A stretch of 45,716 bases of DNA from a bacterium (GCA_021157735.1 JAGGVZ010000057.1:1-45716), one strand, 5' to 3'. Numbered from the stretch's first letter, positions 8,312 to 14,334 are shown. Numbers and translations: made by a program. Notes: generated by a model not told the origin, from the letters alone.

Positions 8312-8433
8312 CAGGGGGGTAATAATCTACGGTAGGCTTAAAGAATAGAGTCTCTATTCTTATCGATAAAGAATTAAAAGGAGCGGGCGACAAGAATTTT
8401 GCTAAGAGTCGAGATAGGCTAATCGGCGGAAAA

Positions 8434-8931
8434 GTGACCTCTTATGGAGTGAAGACTTCAAGGATTAGAAAAATTGCCAAGAAATATTTTAAGCTATTTA
8501 AGACAAAGGGAACTAATAGAGATTGTTTGGAAAGTGTCGAGGAATTGATGTCAACAAAAGTGTTTGAAAACCAGTTGGCTGGAATATTTTTGTTAAATCT
8601 TTTCTTAAGAAGTAGTGGAGAGGTAAGCATTTCCAAGATTAGAGGATTAATTGCTAGATATATTGACAATTGGGCGACTTGCGACACAATAAGCAGTGAG
8701 GTAGTGGCAAGAAGGATAGTAGAATCGCCAGAAAGAGCCAAAGTTCTCTATTCTTGGATTAACTCTACAAATATTTGGTTGAAGAGAGCAGCTTTAGTAA
8801 CAGTGATAAAACTTAAGGATGGAAGCAAAAATTGGCAAGAGCTTGCTTTCCGAATATTAGTTTCCTCCAGAAAGGAAAAAGAGCCAATTCTTAAAAAAGC
8901 GGTTCGTTGGCTAGAGAGAGAACTTCTCTAA
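8434..8931 (+). CDS. DNA alkylation repair enzyme-like HEAT-repeat protein (AlkD/pfam08713-like). The N-terminus is uncertain.
   Basis: Family-like blocks are GVKTSRIRKIAKKY, DNWATCD and NIWLKRAALV. The family-like reading frame stays open upstream to 8326 without an ATG, GTG or TTG. Confidence 0.6.
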   Translation: MTSYGVKTSRIRKIAKKYFKLFKTKGTNRDCLESVEELMSTKVFENQLAGIFLLNLFLRSSGEVSISKIRGLIARYIDNWATCDTISSEVVARRIVESPERAKVLYSWINSTNIWLKRAALVTVIKLKDGSKNWQELAFRILVSSRKEKEPILKKAVRWLERELL

Positions 8932-9042
8932 CAGAACTGGCTAAATTGCGTCTTTATTTTTATGTCTGTACAATATTTATGGTTATTGGAGGCAGTCTTT
9001 CAAATTTTAAAAGTTAAACACGAAGATTAATTAAGAGAATTT

Positions 9043-9924
9043 ATGCAAGAAGTCTCTTTAGCTAAGGCGACTGATTCTTATGCTGGAGCAAGAAAAGCCC
9101 TTTTTACTTTTCGAGAAAAACTGGAGAAGAGAATTTCTTCGCTGGGAGAGATAGTAATTAAGGTGAATTTTGTTAGCGCAGAAAGAGAGTTGGCAACCAC
9201 ACCTTTAGATACAGTTCGGGCTTTTGTTGATTTCATCAAACCTTTTTATAAAGGAAAAATTATTGTTGCCGAAGAGGCAAGTTTGGGAGATACCCAGGCG
9301 GGATTTGAGAGATTTGGCTTTAAAAAATGGGCAGAGAAAGAACCACAGGTGGAACTTTTTGATTCTTCTTTATCACCAGCAAAAAGGATGACTTTTAAGT
9401 ATCCCGGAGGAAAAGTGACTCTTTCCCTGGCCCAAATTTATCTTGAGGCACCCTTTTTGGTTTCTCTTTGCCGGGCCAAGACCCACGACACGGTGGTGGT
9501 AACTTTAGGGATTAAGAATGTTTTGGTAGGAGCAATTCAGGGAGGGCTTTCGGAGAGGTCAAAGATTCACCAAGGAAAAAGAATTCATTGGATTATGAAG
9601 GAAATAGCAAAAGTAGTTTATCCCCACTTTGTGGTGATTGATGGGGTGGTGGGAATGGAAGGAAACGGGCCGGTAAGCGGTACTCCCAAGAAAGCTGGCT
9701 GGGTAGTAGCCGGAGATGATGCTTTAGCTGCTGATTCACTGGCTGCTTATTTAATGGGCTTTTCTGTTGACGATATTGGCTATTTTTGTCTCCTTAGGGA
9801 GGAAAAATTAGGCAAACTTTATCCTAAAGATAAAGTTGAAGTAGTGGGGGAGTCTCCCCAACAGCTGGTTTTTCCTTTTGTTCCTCATCATAGTTTTGAG
9901 CAACAGAGAGCCTGGCGAATTTGA
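9043..9924 (+). CDS. DUF362 domain-containing protein
   Basis: DUF362-like blocks: VIKVNFV, LCRAKTHDTVVVTLGIKN, IDGVVGMEGNGPVSG, and AGDDALAADSLAAYLMG. Confidence 0.6.
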   Translation: MQEVSLAKATDSYAGARKALFTFREKLEKRISSLGEIVIKVNFVSAERELATTPLDTVRAFVDFIKPFYKGKIIVAEEASLGDTQAGFERFGFKKWAEKEPQVELFDSSLSPAKRMTFKYPGGKVTLSLAQIYLEAPFLVSLCRAKTHDTVVVTLGIKNVLVGAIQGGLSERSKIHQGKRIHWIMKEIAKVVYPHFVVIDGVVGMEGNGPVSGTPKKAGWVVAGDDALAADSLAAYLMGFSVDDIGYFCLLREEKLGKLYPKDKVEVVGESPQQLVFPFVPHHSFEQQRAWRI

Positions 9925-9948
9925 CAAAAGAGGTTTTTCTGTTATACT
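9921..9948 (+). promoter_or_regulatory. Promoter for the RRM-protein gene (TTGACA-16 nt-TGtTATACT, extended -10)
   Basis: TTGACA at 9921-9926, TGT at 9940-9942 and TATACT at 9943-9948. This implies a 5' UTR of about 90 nt before the ATG at 10048. Confidence 0.5.
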
Positions 9949-10047
9949 CAAGATGTTAACAGTTTTTCTCTGCGTTTTCCTCTTGGTTAGTTAAGGTTCA
10001 GCTTCAACTGACCGCTCCAAGAAAGGCAGAGGATAAGGAGGGTTTCC

Positions 10048-10350
10048 ATGGCGACAGTGAAACTCTATGTTGGCAATTTGCCATGGTCCGTTACCTCGGA
10101 TGCGTTAGGGCAGAAGTTTTCCGAGGCAGGAACAGTTATTTCTGCTCAAGTGATTACTGACCGCTATTCCGGCCGCTCACGAGGATTTGGTTTTGTGGAA
10201 ATGGCAACCAAGGAAGAGGCAGACAAGGCAATTGAGATGCTCAATGGTCAAGATTTTGAGGGACGACAGATTGTTGTCAACCTTGCCCGTCCTCCTCGGG
10301 AAAAACCCAGTAGGGGAAATGACCGAGGCGGTTGGGGAGACAGAAGGTAA
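10048..10350 (+). CDS. RRM-type RNA-binding protein with a C-terminal RGG-like tail
   Basis: RNP-2 (LYVGNL) and RNP-1 (RGFGFVEM) motifs in a 100-aa protein. AAGGAGG sits 6 nt upstream of the ATG. Confidence 0.9.
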   Translation: MATVKLYVGNLPWSVTSDALGQKFSEAGTVISAQVITDRYSGRSRGFGFVEMATKEEADKAIEMLNGQDFEGRQIVVNLARPPREKPSRGNDRGGWGDRR

Positions 10351-10379
10351 TTTTCTTTATCTCAACCAAGAAGAAATTA

Positions 10380-10409
10380 AAAAGCGCTCCTTTGAAAGGA
10401 GCGCTTTTC
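10380..10409. terminator. Bidirectional intrinsic terminator hairpin
   Basis: AAAAGCGCTCCTT-TGA-AAGGAGCGCTTTTCT forms a 9-bp GC-rich stem flanked by an A-run and a T-run. It lies between the RRM gene and the convergent tRNA-Thr. Confidence 0.65.
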
Positions 10410-10414
10410 TGTTG

Positions 10415-10487
10415 AGCCCACGGGCGGACTCGAACCGCCGGCCTTTCCCTTACCAAGGGAATGCTCCACCAACTGAGCTACGTGGGC
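10415..10487 (-). tRNA. tRNA-Thr(GGU)
   Basis: The reverse complement folds as a 73-nt cloverleaf: acceptor GCCCACG/CGTGGGC, anticodon arm TTCCC-TTGGTAA-GGGAA, and T arm GGCGG-TTCGAGT-CCGCC. Confidence 0.85.
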
Positions 10488-10714
10488 AGGCAAAATATAT
10501 TTTAACATAGAAATGGTTTGGAATTTCAAATAGAGGTAGTAGATATTCGTTATAGATAGTGCTCGCCCGGTTTAAGGATACATTTATCTCAAAAATAATT
10601 TCTTTTTTGTTGGCGTTATAAAGTCTGATTGTTTTGCCAAGAAAGCGTTCATTAGTGAATTATCGAAGTCAATCTAGCTTCTAATTACCAGCTCTAACGT
10701 GATATAATCACTTT

Positions 10715-11308
10715 GTGTTTTACGAAAGATCAAATATTAATATTAACGAGAAGCTTATTTGCTATGCTCGTAGACGGTTAGAGAAGTTTTTAGAGAGATC
10801 AGGGTCAGCAATCTCCGCTTTAAGAACCCTGCGAAGAGAAGATGAGAGGATAGTTAGGCTTGATCCAGAGGAAGAAGAATTGTTGAGGAAAGAAGTTATT
10901 AATAACTCAGATGGGATACTAGATCCTGAGAATAGCGGCAGTCTGTGTCAACTGGAAAATGGAGGAATAATGAGACTGCAACACCAAGGAGAAGGGATAA
11001 ATTTTAAAAAATCCTCACAGAAAGATGTAGAGGCGATTAGAGGTTTTTACTTTAGTTTAGAGTTAGATGGATTTCCTTATGAGTGTTTTATTTTTGATGG
11101 AGGAGGATCTCGAAAGTATTATGATGATTTACCCGAGGAGGGAAAGAAAAAATTTTTTGAAGATTTTGCTAATAGAAGACGTAGTTCAGAGATTCCTTTA
11201 GACCCATCTTCCTCAGGGGAACTCTATTTTGTTGCCTTTATTAACGACACCCCTAAGGGGCTAAAGATCGATCGCTTCGGACTCGGTTCCTCTTTAGGTA
11301 ATCAGTAG
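10715..11308 (+). CDS. Hypothetical protein (orphan, acidic, GTG start) in a visibly A+T-rich pocket
   Basis: A 197-aa ORF with no motif I recognise. It is flanked by about 200 and 150 nt of AT-rich non-coding DNA between tRNA genes. Confidence 0.35.
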   Translation: MFYERSNININEKLICYARRRLEKFLERSGSAISALRTLRREDERIVRLDPEEEELLRKEVINNSDGILDPENSGSLCQLENGGIMRLQHQGEGINFKKSSQKDVEAIRGFYFSLELDGFPYECFIFDGGGSRKYYDDLPEEGKKKFFEDFANRRRSSEIPLDPSSSGELYFVAFINDTPKGLKIDRFGLGSSLGNQ

Positions 11309-11459
11309 TTTTCCGTGTGTTTTACTAATGGGCAGGTAGCTTTAAAATTTGGCTTCTGAGTTTTTATAATTATTATCTAGGTTCAAGATGATGCCTAAAT
11401 CGTAGATTAAGCATTTGTACTTCAAATTAGAGCTGTTTTTCGGTTATAATATAGAACAT

Positions 11460-11534
11460 AGGCCCGTCGGTTAACTGGCAAACCACTGGTCTCCAAAACC
11501 AGGACTGGGGGTTCGAGTCCCTCCGGGCCTGCCA
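11460..11534 (+). tRNA. tRNA-Trp(CCA), 3' CCA encoded
   Basis: Acceptor AGGCCCG/CGGGCCT, anticodon arm CTGGT-CTCCAAA-ACCAG, T arm GGGGG-TTCGAGT-CCCTC, and terminal GCCA. A TATAAT box lies at 11445-11450. Confidence 0.9.
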
Positions 11535-11544
11535 CTTCTTCTGG

Positions 11545-11618
11545 CGGGGATTAGCTCAGTTGGCTAGAGCGCAGGCATCGGGAGCCTGAGGCCGCCGGTT
11601 CAAGTCCGGCATCCCCGA
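11545..11618 (+). tRNA. tRNA-Pro(CGG)
   Basis: Acceptor CGGGGAT/ATCCCCG with the bacterial Pro-type C1:G72 pair. Anticodon arm CAGGC-ATCGGGA-GCCTG and T arm GCCGG-TTCAAGT-CCGGC. Confidence 0.9.
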
Positions 11619-11623
11619 CAATC

Positions 11624-11822
11624 GCCTCTGTAGCTCAACGGACAGAGCACTAGTTTTTGCTTCCCCGGAAGCTTCGGGGAAAAGCGAGCGAGTGCCCGTA
11701 GCTCAATGGACAGAGCGCCTGTCTTCGGAACAGGAGGTTGGGGGTTCGACTCCCTCCGGGCACACAAACTTGGGCACGAGGGAGCGAAAACCAGGGTGGG
11801 GGCTCGATTCCCTCCGGAGGCA
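11624..11822 (+). tRNA. Interrupted tRNA-like gene whose anticodon region carries a ~128-nt insert containing tRNA-Arg(UCG). One joining of the halves would give a tRNA-Gln(UUG)-like loop.
   Basis: The 5' part is GCCTCTG-TA-GCTC-AACGGACA-GAGC-A-CTAGT-TTTTG. The 3' part is AA-ACCAG-GGT-GGGGG-CTCGATT-CCCTC-CGGAGGC-A. The acceptor pairs 7/7. Non-canonical features are a 3-nt variable region, C54, and an A.C pair in the anticodon stem. Confidence 0.45.
11692..11764 (+). tRNA. tRNA-Arg(UCG), nested inside the interrupted tRNA-like gene
   Basis: A canonical 73-nt cloverleaf: acceptor GTGCCCG/CGGGCAC, D arm GCTC-AATGGACA-GAGC, anticodon arm CCTGT-CTTCGGA-ACAGG, and T arm GGGGG-TTCGACT-CCCTC. Confidence 0.9.
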
Positions 11823-11847
11823 CAAAGAAGAAGTTAAAAAGTAAAAA

Positions 11848-11931
11848 GGAGGAGTGCCGGAGCGGCCAAACGGACCGGTCTTGAAAACCGGTGGGGTTTT
11901 CCCTACGTGGGTTCGAATCCCACCTCCTCCG
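11848..11931 (+). tRNA. tRNA-Ser(UGA), class II with a long variable arm
   Basis: Acceptor GGAGGAG/CTCCTCC, anticodon arm CCGGT-CTTGAAA-ACCGG, a long variable arm (TGGGGTTTTCCCTAC), and T arm GTGGG-TTCGAAT-CCCAC. Confidence 0.9.
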
Positions 11932-11952
11932 CTTTTAAATTAAAGAAAAACA

Positions 11953-12825
11953 GTGAGAAAAAGAAAAATTCCCCGGTTGACGGTTATTATCACCGCCTTT
12001 AAAGAAGAAAAAACTATTGGCAGGGCTGTTAAGGCGATTGAGAAGCAATTGCGGAAAAGGGACCGTATTCTGGTTGTTGCTCCCGACAAGGAGACTTTAA
12101 AAGCAGCACGGAAGGCATTTTCTCGGGTAGAGATTCTTCAAGATAGGGGAGAAGGGAAAGCAAAGGCGTTGAACTTAGCGGTTAAAAAAGCAAAGGGGAG
12201 GTTGTTGGTTCTTACCGATGGTGATGTTTGGATAGGCAGTAAAGCTCTGCGTGCCTTAGAGAAAAAATTTACTGACCCGCGGGTGGGAATAGTCAGTGGA
12301 CGGCCCAAACCAGTCAACAAGAAAAACACTCTTTTTGGTTTCTGGGCCTGGTTGCTTACCGAAGCAGCTCATCGCTGGCGCCAGCAGCGGGTTAGGGAAG
12401 GGAAAAATATTGACTGTTCTGGGTATCTCTTGACTATTCGCAAAAAACTTTTCCCTCATCTTCCTACCCATCTTCTTGCCGAAGATGCTTTTTTATCGCG
12501 TTGGGTAGTGAAAAGGGGATATCGGAGTGAATATACTCCGGCGGCTTTAGTTTATGTAAAATTTCCGGAAAATTTTTCCGACTGGATAAAACAAAAAGTT
12601 CGTTCTGTTGGAGGGGCAGGGGAAGGGAGAGGAAGTCGGAACTTTTGGCAGGAGATAAAGGATGCGAAGATTCTTTTTTCTTTATGTCGTTCCCCCAAAG
12701 AGTATTTTTATCTTTTTCTTCTTTTCGGAGCCCGGCTTTATCTTTGGTTGCTAATTTTTTGGCGGCTGAAGATAAAAAAACTTCCTTTCGAGAAAATTTG
12801 GGTGCGGGTGGAGAGTACAAAATAA
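11953..12825 (+). CDS. Family 2 glycosyltransferase with a C-terminal membrane segment
   Basis: A GT-A fold N-terminus (VIITAFKEEKTIGRAV), a DGD motif (LTDGDVW), and a hydrophobic C-terminus. The start is GTG. Confidence 0.7.
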   Translation: MRKRKIPRLTVIITAFKEEKTIGRAVKAIEKQLRKRDRILVVAPDKETLKAARKAFSRVEILQDRGEGKAKALNLAVKKAKGRLLVLTDGDVWIGSKALRALEKKFTDPRVGIVSGRPKPVNKKNTLFGFWAWLLTEAAHRWRQQRVREGKNIDCSGYLLTIRKKLFPHLPTHLLAEDAFLSRWVVKRGYRSEYTPAALVYVKFPENFSDWIKQKVRSVGGAGEGRGSRNFWQEIKDAKILFSLCRSPKEYFYLFLLFGARLYLWLLIFWRLKIKKLPFEKIWVRVESTK

Positions 12826-12914
12826 AAAGGAGTATGTTTTTTAAAACTTCTTTAAAAAGGGAATTTTAGCCATAAAAAAAAGGAGCCTCAGGCTAGAAAA
12901 GATGTAAAAAGCTC

Positions 12915-12943
12915 TTGATAATTTCTTTTAATTGTTTTATGAT
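12915..12943 (+). promoter_or_regulatory. Candidate promoter for the SIMPL gene (TTGATA-17 nt-TATGAT)
   Basis: TTGATA at 12915-12920 and TATGAT at 12938-12943, which is 12 nt upstream of the ATG at 12955. Confidence 0.4.
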
Positions 12944-12954
12944 GGAGATAAGCA

Positions 12955-13692
12955 ATGGGAAAAAGTTTTTTTAGAATTGGCTTTTGGGGAGGAGTCTTTT
13001 TTCTGGCTCTCTTTTTTCTTCCTTGGGAAAAGGTAAATTGGGGAAAGATTCAGCTTGCCCCTTCGGAAACAATTACTGTTGTTGGTGAGGCTAAAACTAC
13101 AGAGAAAAACCAGCGAGCGCGGTTCACTGCTGGGGTAGTGGCGGTTAATGACGACAAAGACAAAGCTCTTGAGGAGGCAAACCAGAAGATAAGGGCGTTG
13201 ATTGAGGCGGTAAAGAAATTTGGAGTGGAAGAGAAGGATATAAAAACAGAAAGTTTCCATGTCTATCAAGAGCAGGAGCAGTATTATGAAGAGGGGAGGA
13301 AGAAAACAAGGCCCGGACAATGGCGAGTTTCTAATTCCATCGAGATTATTTTGAGAGAAGTTGATCGCGCTTCAGATTTGGCTTCGGTTTTGACTAGAAG
13401 TGGGGCGACCAACGTTTATGGTCCGAACTTTTTCTTGGAAGAGGAGGAGAAAAAAGAGGAGGAATTAATCTCTCAGGCGGTTAAGAATGCTCGGGAGAAA
13501 GCAGAAAAAATAGCTCAAGCCAGCGGGAGGAAATTAGGAAAGGTTATTAGTGTTACCGAAGGAGAGAATCCCTTTTCCTTTTACCGTGCAATGGAGGATG
13601 TAGGGAGAGCAGTAGGGGGAGGAGGAACTCCTCTTGAACCAGGCTCCAGCACGAGAGTCAAGAGAGTAACGGTTGTTTTCCAGTTAAAGTAA
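12955..13692 (+). CDS. SIMPL/DUF541 domain periplasmic protein
   Basis: An N-terminal signal/anchor and a SIMPL-like organisation (VVAVNDDKDKALEEANQKIRALIEAVKKFGVEEKDIKT ... GSSTRVKRVTVVFQL). Confidence 0.65.
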   Translation: MGKSFFRIGFWGGVFFLALFFLPWEKVNWGKIQLAPSETITVVGEAKTTEKNQRARFTAGVVAVNDDKDKALEEANQKIRALIEAVKKFGVEEKDIKTESFHVYQEQEQYYEEGRKKTRPGQWRVSNSIEIILREVDRASDLASVLTRSGATNVYGPNFFLEEEEKKEEELISQAVKNAREKAEKIAQASGRKLGKVISVTEGENPFSFYRAMEDVGRAVGGGGTPLEPGSSTRVKRVTVVFQLK

Positions 13693-13716
13693 AAGACTGT
13701 CGGAGAGAAGTGCTTT

Positions 13717-13959
13717 TTATCAGCTCCAAAGTCTTTTCCCAAGAAAAACACCCTCCCCAAGCTTGGACTGTGGGGGTTCTCGCCCTCCGGAGTGCTCGCT
13801 TCGCTGTGCGCCCGGAGGGACTCTCACCGCGGTATGATCCCACACTCAGAACCCTTTCTTATCAGCTCAATCTTTTTTCCCAAGAAAAACACCCTCCCCA
13901 AGCTTGGACTGTGGGGGTTCTCGCCCTCCGGGGCTTACTTTGTGCGCCCGGAGGGACTC
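13717..13959. repeat. Tandem ~141-bp duplication downstream (minus sense) of tRNA-Arg(GCG). It includes a 19-bp copy of the tRNA 3' end.
   Basis: An identical 57-nt core occurs at 13734-13790 and 13875-13931. The 19-nt TGTGCGCCCGGAGGGACTC occurs at 13805-13823 and 13941-13959, and the second copy is the real tRNA-Arg 3' end. Confidence 0.85.
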
Positions 13960-14015
13960 GAACCCCCAGCCTTCGGTTCCGCAAACCGACGTTCTATCCT
14001 TTGAACTACGGGCGC
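13943..14015 (-). tRNA. tRNA-Arg(GCG)
   Basis: The reverse complement has acceptor GCGCCCG/CGGGCGC, anticodon arm TCGGT-TTGCGGA-ACCGA, and T arm GGGGG-TTCGAGT-CCCTC. It is 73 nt long. Confidence 0.9.
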
Positions 14016-14091
14016 TGGAGCCGCCTCTCGGGCTCGAACCGAGGACCTACCCCTTACAAGGGGGTTGCTCTACCAACTGAGCTAAGGCGGC
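14016..14091 (-). tRNA. tRNA-Thr(UGU), 3' CCA encoded
   Basis: The reverse complement has acceptor GCCGCCT/AGGCGGC, anticodon arm ACCCC-CTTGTAA-GGGGT, T arm CTCGG-TTCGAGC-CCGAG, and terminal TCCA. Its CCA directly abuts G1 of tRNA-Arg(GCG). Confidence 0.9.
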
Positions 14092-14103
14092 AGATTTAAG
14101 GAT

Positions 14104-14112
14104 ATTATAGCA
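14104..14112 (-). promoter_or_regulatory. Extended -10 element (TGcTATAAT) for the tRNA-Thr/tRNA-Arg pair
   Basis: The minus strand reads TTGCTATAAT, ending 12 nt upstream of the tRNA-Thr 5' end. Confidence 0.4.
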
Positions 14113-14142
14113 ATAAAAAGGGAAGAGGGGAAACCTAACAAA

Positions 14143-14298
14143 GTCCCGCCGTGGCTCCTAAAACGGAATTTTCCCCGGTAAGGGAAAAGTGGGAGGACTG
14201 CCCCTCCGAGGAATCCCCGGAGAAGACCCGTCCCAACCCGTAAAGGTAGTTGTGGAGGAAAAACTTCCGTTTTAGATTTTCAAGCCTACCGGCGAGAC
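14143..14298 (-). ncRNA. Candidate ~156-nt rod-shaped structured sRNA (6S-like architecture; identity unproven)
   Basis: Hand fold on the minus strand. A 9-bp closing helix pairs GUCUCGCCG with CGGCGGGAC (14290-14298 with 14143-14151). There is a perfect 11-bp helix (CUAAAACGGAA/UUCCGUUUUAG), an 8-bp U/A-G helix, a large asymmetric internal loop (about 20/13 nt), and an apical GC-rich hairpin. A promoter sits so that the transcription start falls at the first base of the closing helix. Confidence 0.4.
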
Positions 14299-14304
14299 AA
14301 TTTC

Positions 14305-14334
14305 ATTGTAAACAAAAAAGAAGTTATTTGTCAA
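14305..14334 (-). promoter_or_regulatory. Minus-strand promoter (TTGACA-18 nt-TACAAT) for the sRNA candidate
   Basis: The -35 is the reverse complement of 14329-14334 and the -10 is the reverse complement of 14305-14310. The G at 14298 lies 7 nt downstream of the -10. Confidence 0.4.

Noticed and set aside
10187-10510. A 107-aa plus-strand ORF overlapping the RRM gene, the terminator and tRNA-Thr(GGU)
   Set aside because: It is out of frame with a well-supported RRM gene, and it runs through a terminator hairpin and a tRNA gene on the opposite strand. It is spurious.
11660-11787. A group I (self-splicing) intron as the explanation for the interrupted tRNA
   Set aside because: The insert is only about 128 nt, and 73 nt of it is a canonical tRNA. 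Known tRNA group I introns are about 200 nt or longer with P3-P8 core elements that I cannot find. I also saw no clean bulge-helix-bulge motif, because the flanking helix is continuous.
13717-13959. A possible CRISPR array or MITE cluster, given the repeated ~57-nt core
   Set aside because: There are only two copies, arranged as a long tandem duplication (~141-bp period) rather than short repeats with unique spacers. No cas genes are present.
13710-14099. A 129-aa plus-strand ORF (and the 13792-14004 ORF) spanning the repeat and tRNA region
   Set aside because: It is made entirely of two minus-strand tRNA genes plus the tandem repeat. The internally duplicated peptide (SQEKHPPQAWTVGVLAL twice) simply mirrors the DNA repeat. 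There is no SD and no coding signal.
14100-14320. SRP (4.5S) RNA, RNase P RNA or tmRNA identity for the intergenic structured region
   Set aside because: I could not find the SRP helix-8 signature (GGAA tetraloop with AGCAGC). The nearest stretch is CUCGGAGGGGCAGUCC, which is only loosely similar. The RNase P-like AAAGTCC string is on the opposite (plus) strand and lacks the other conserved regions, and the locus is too short. No tmRNA ends are present. The identity is left open as 6S-like, by architecture only.
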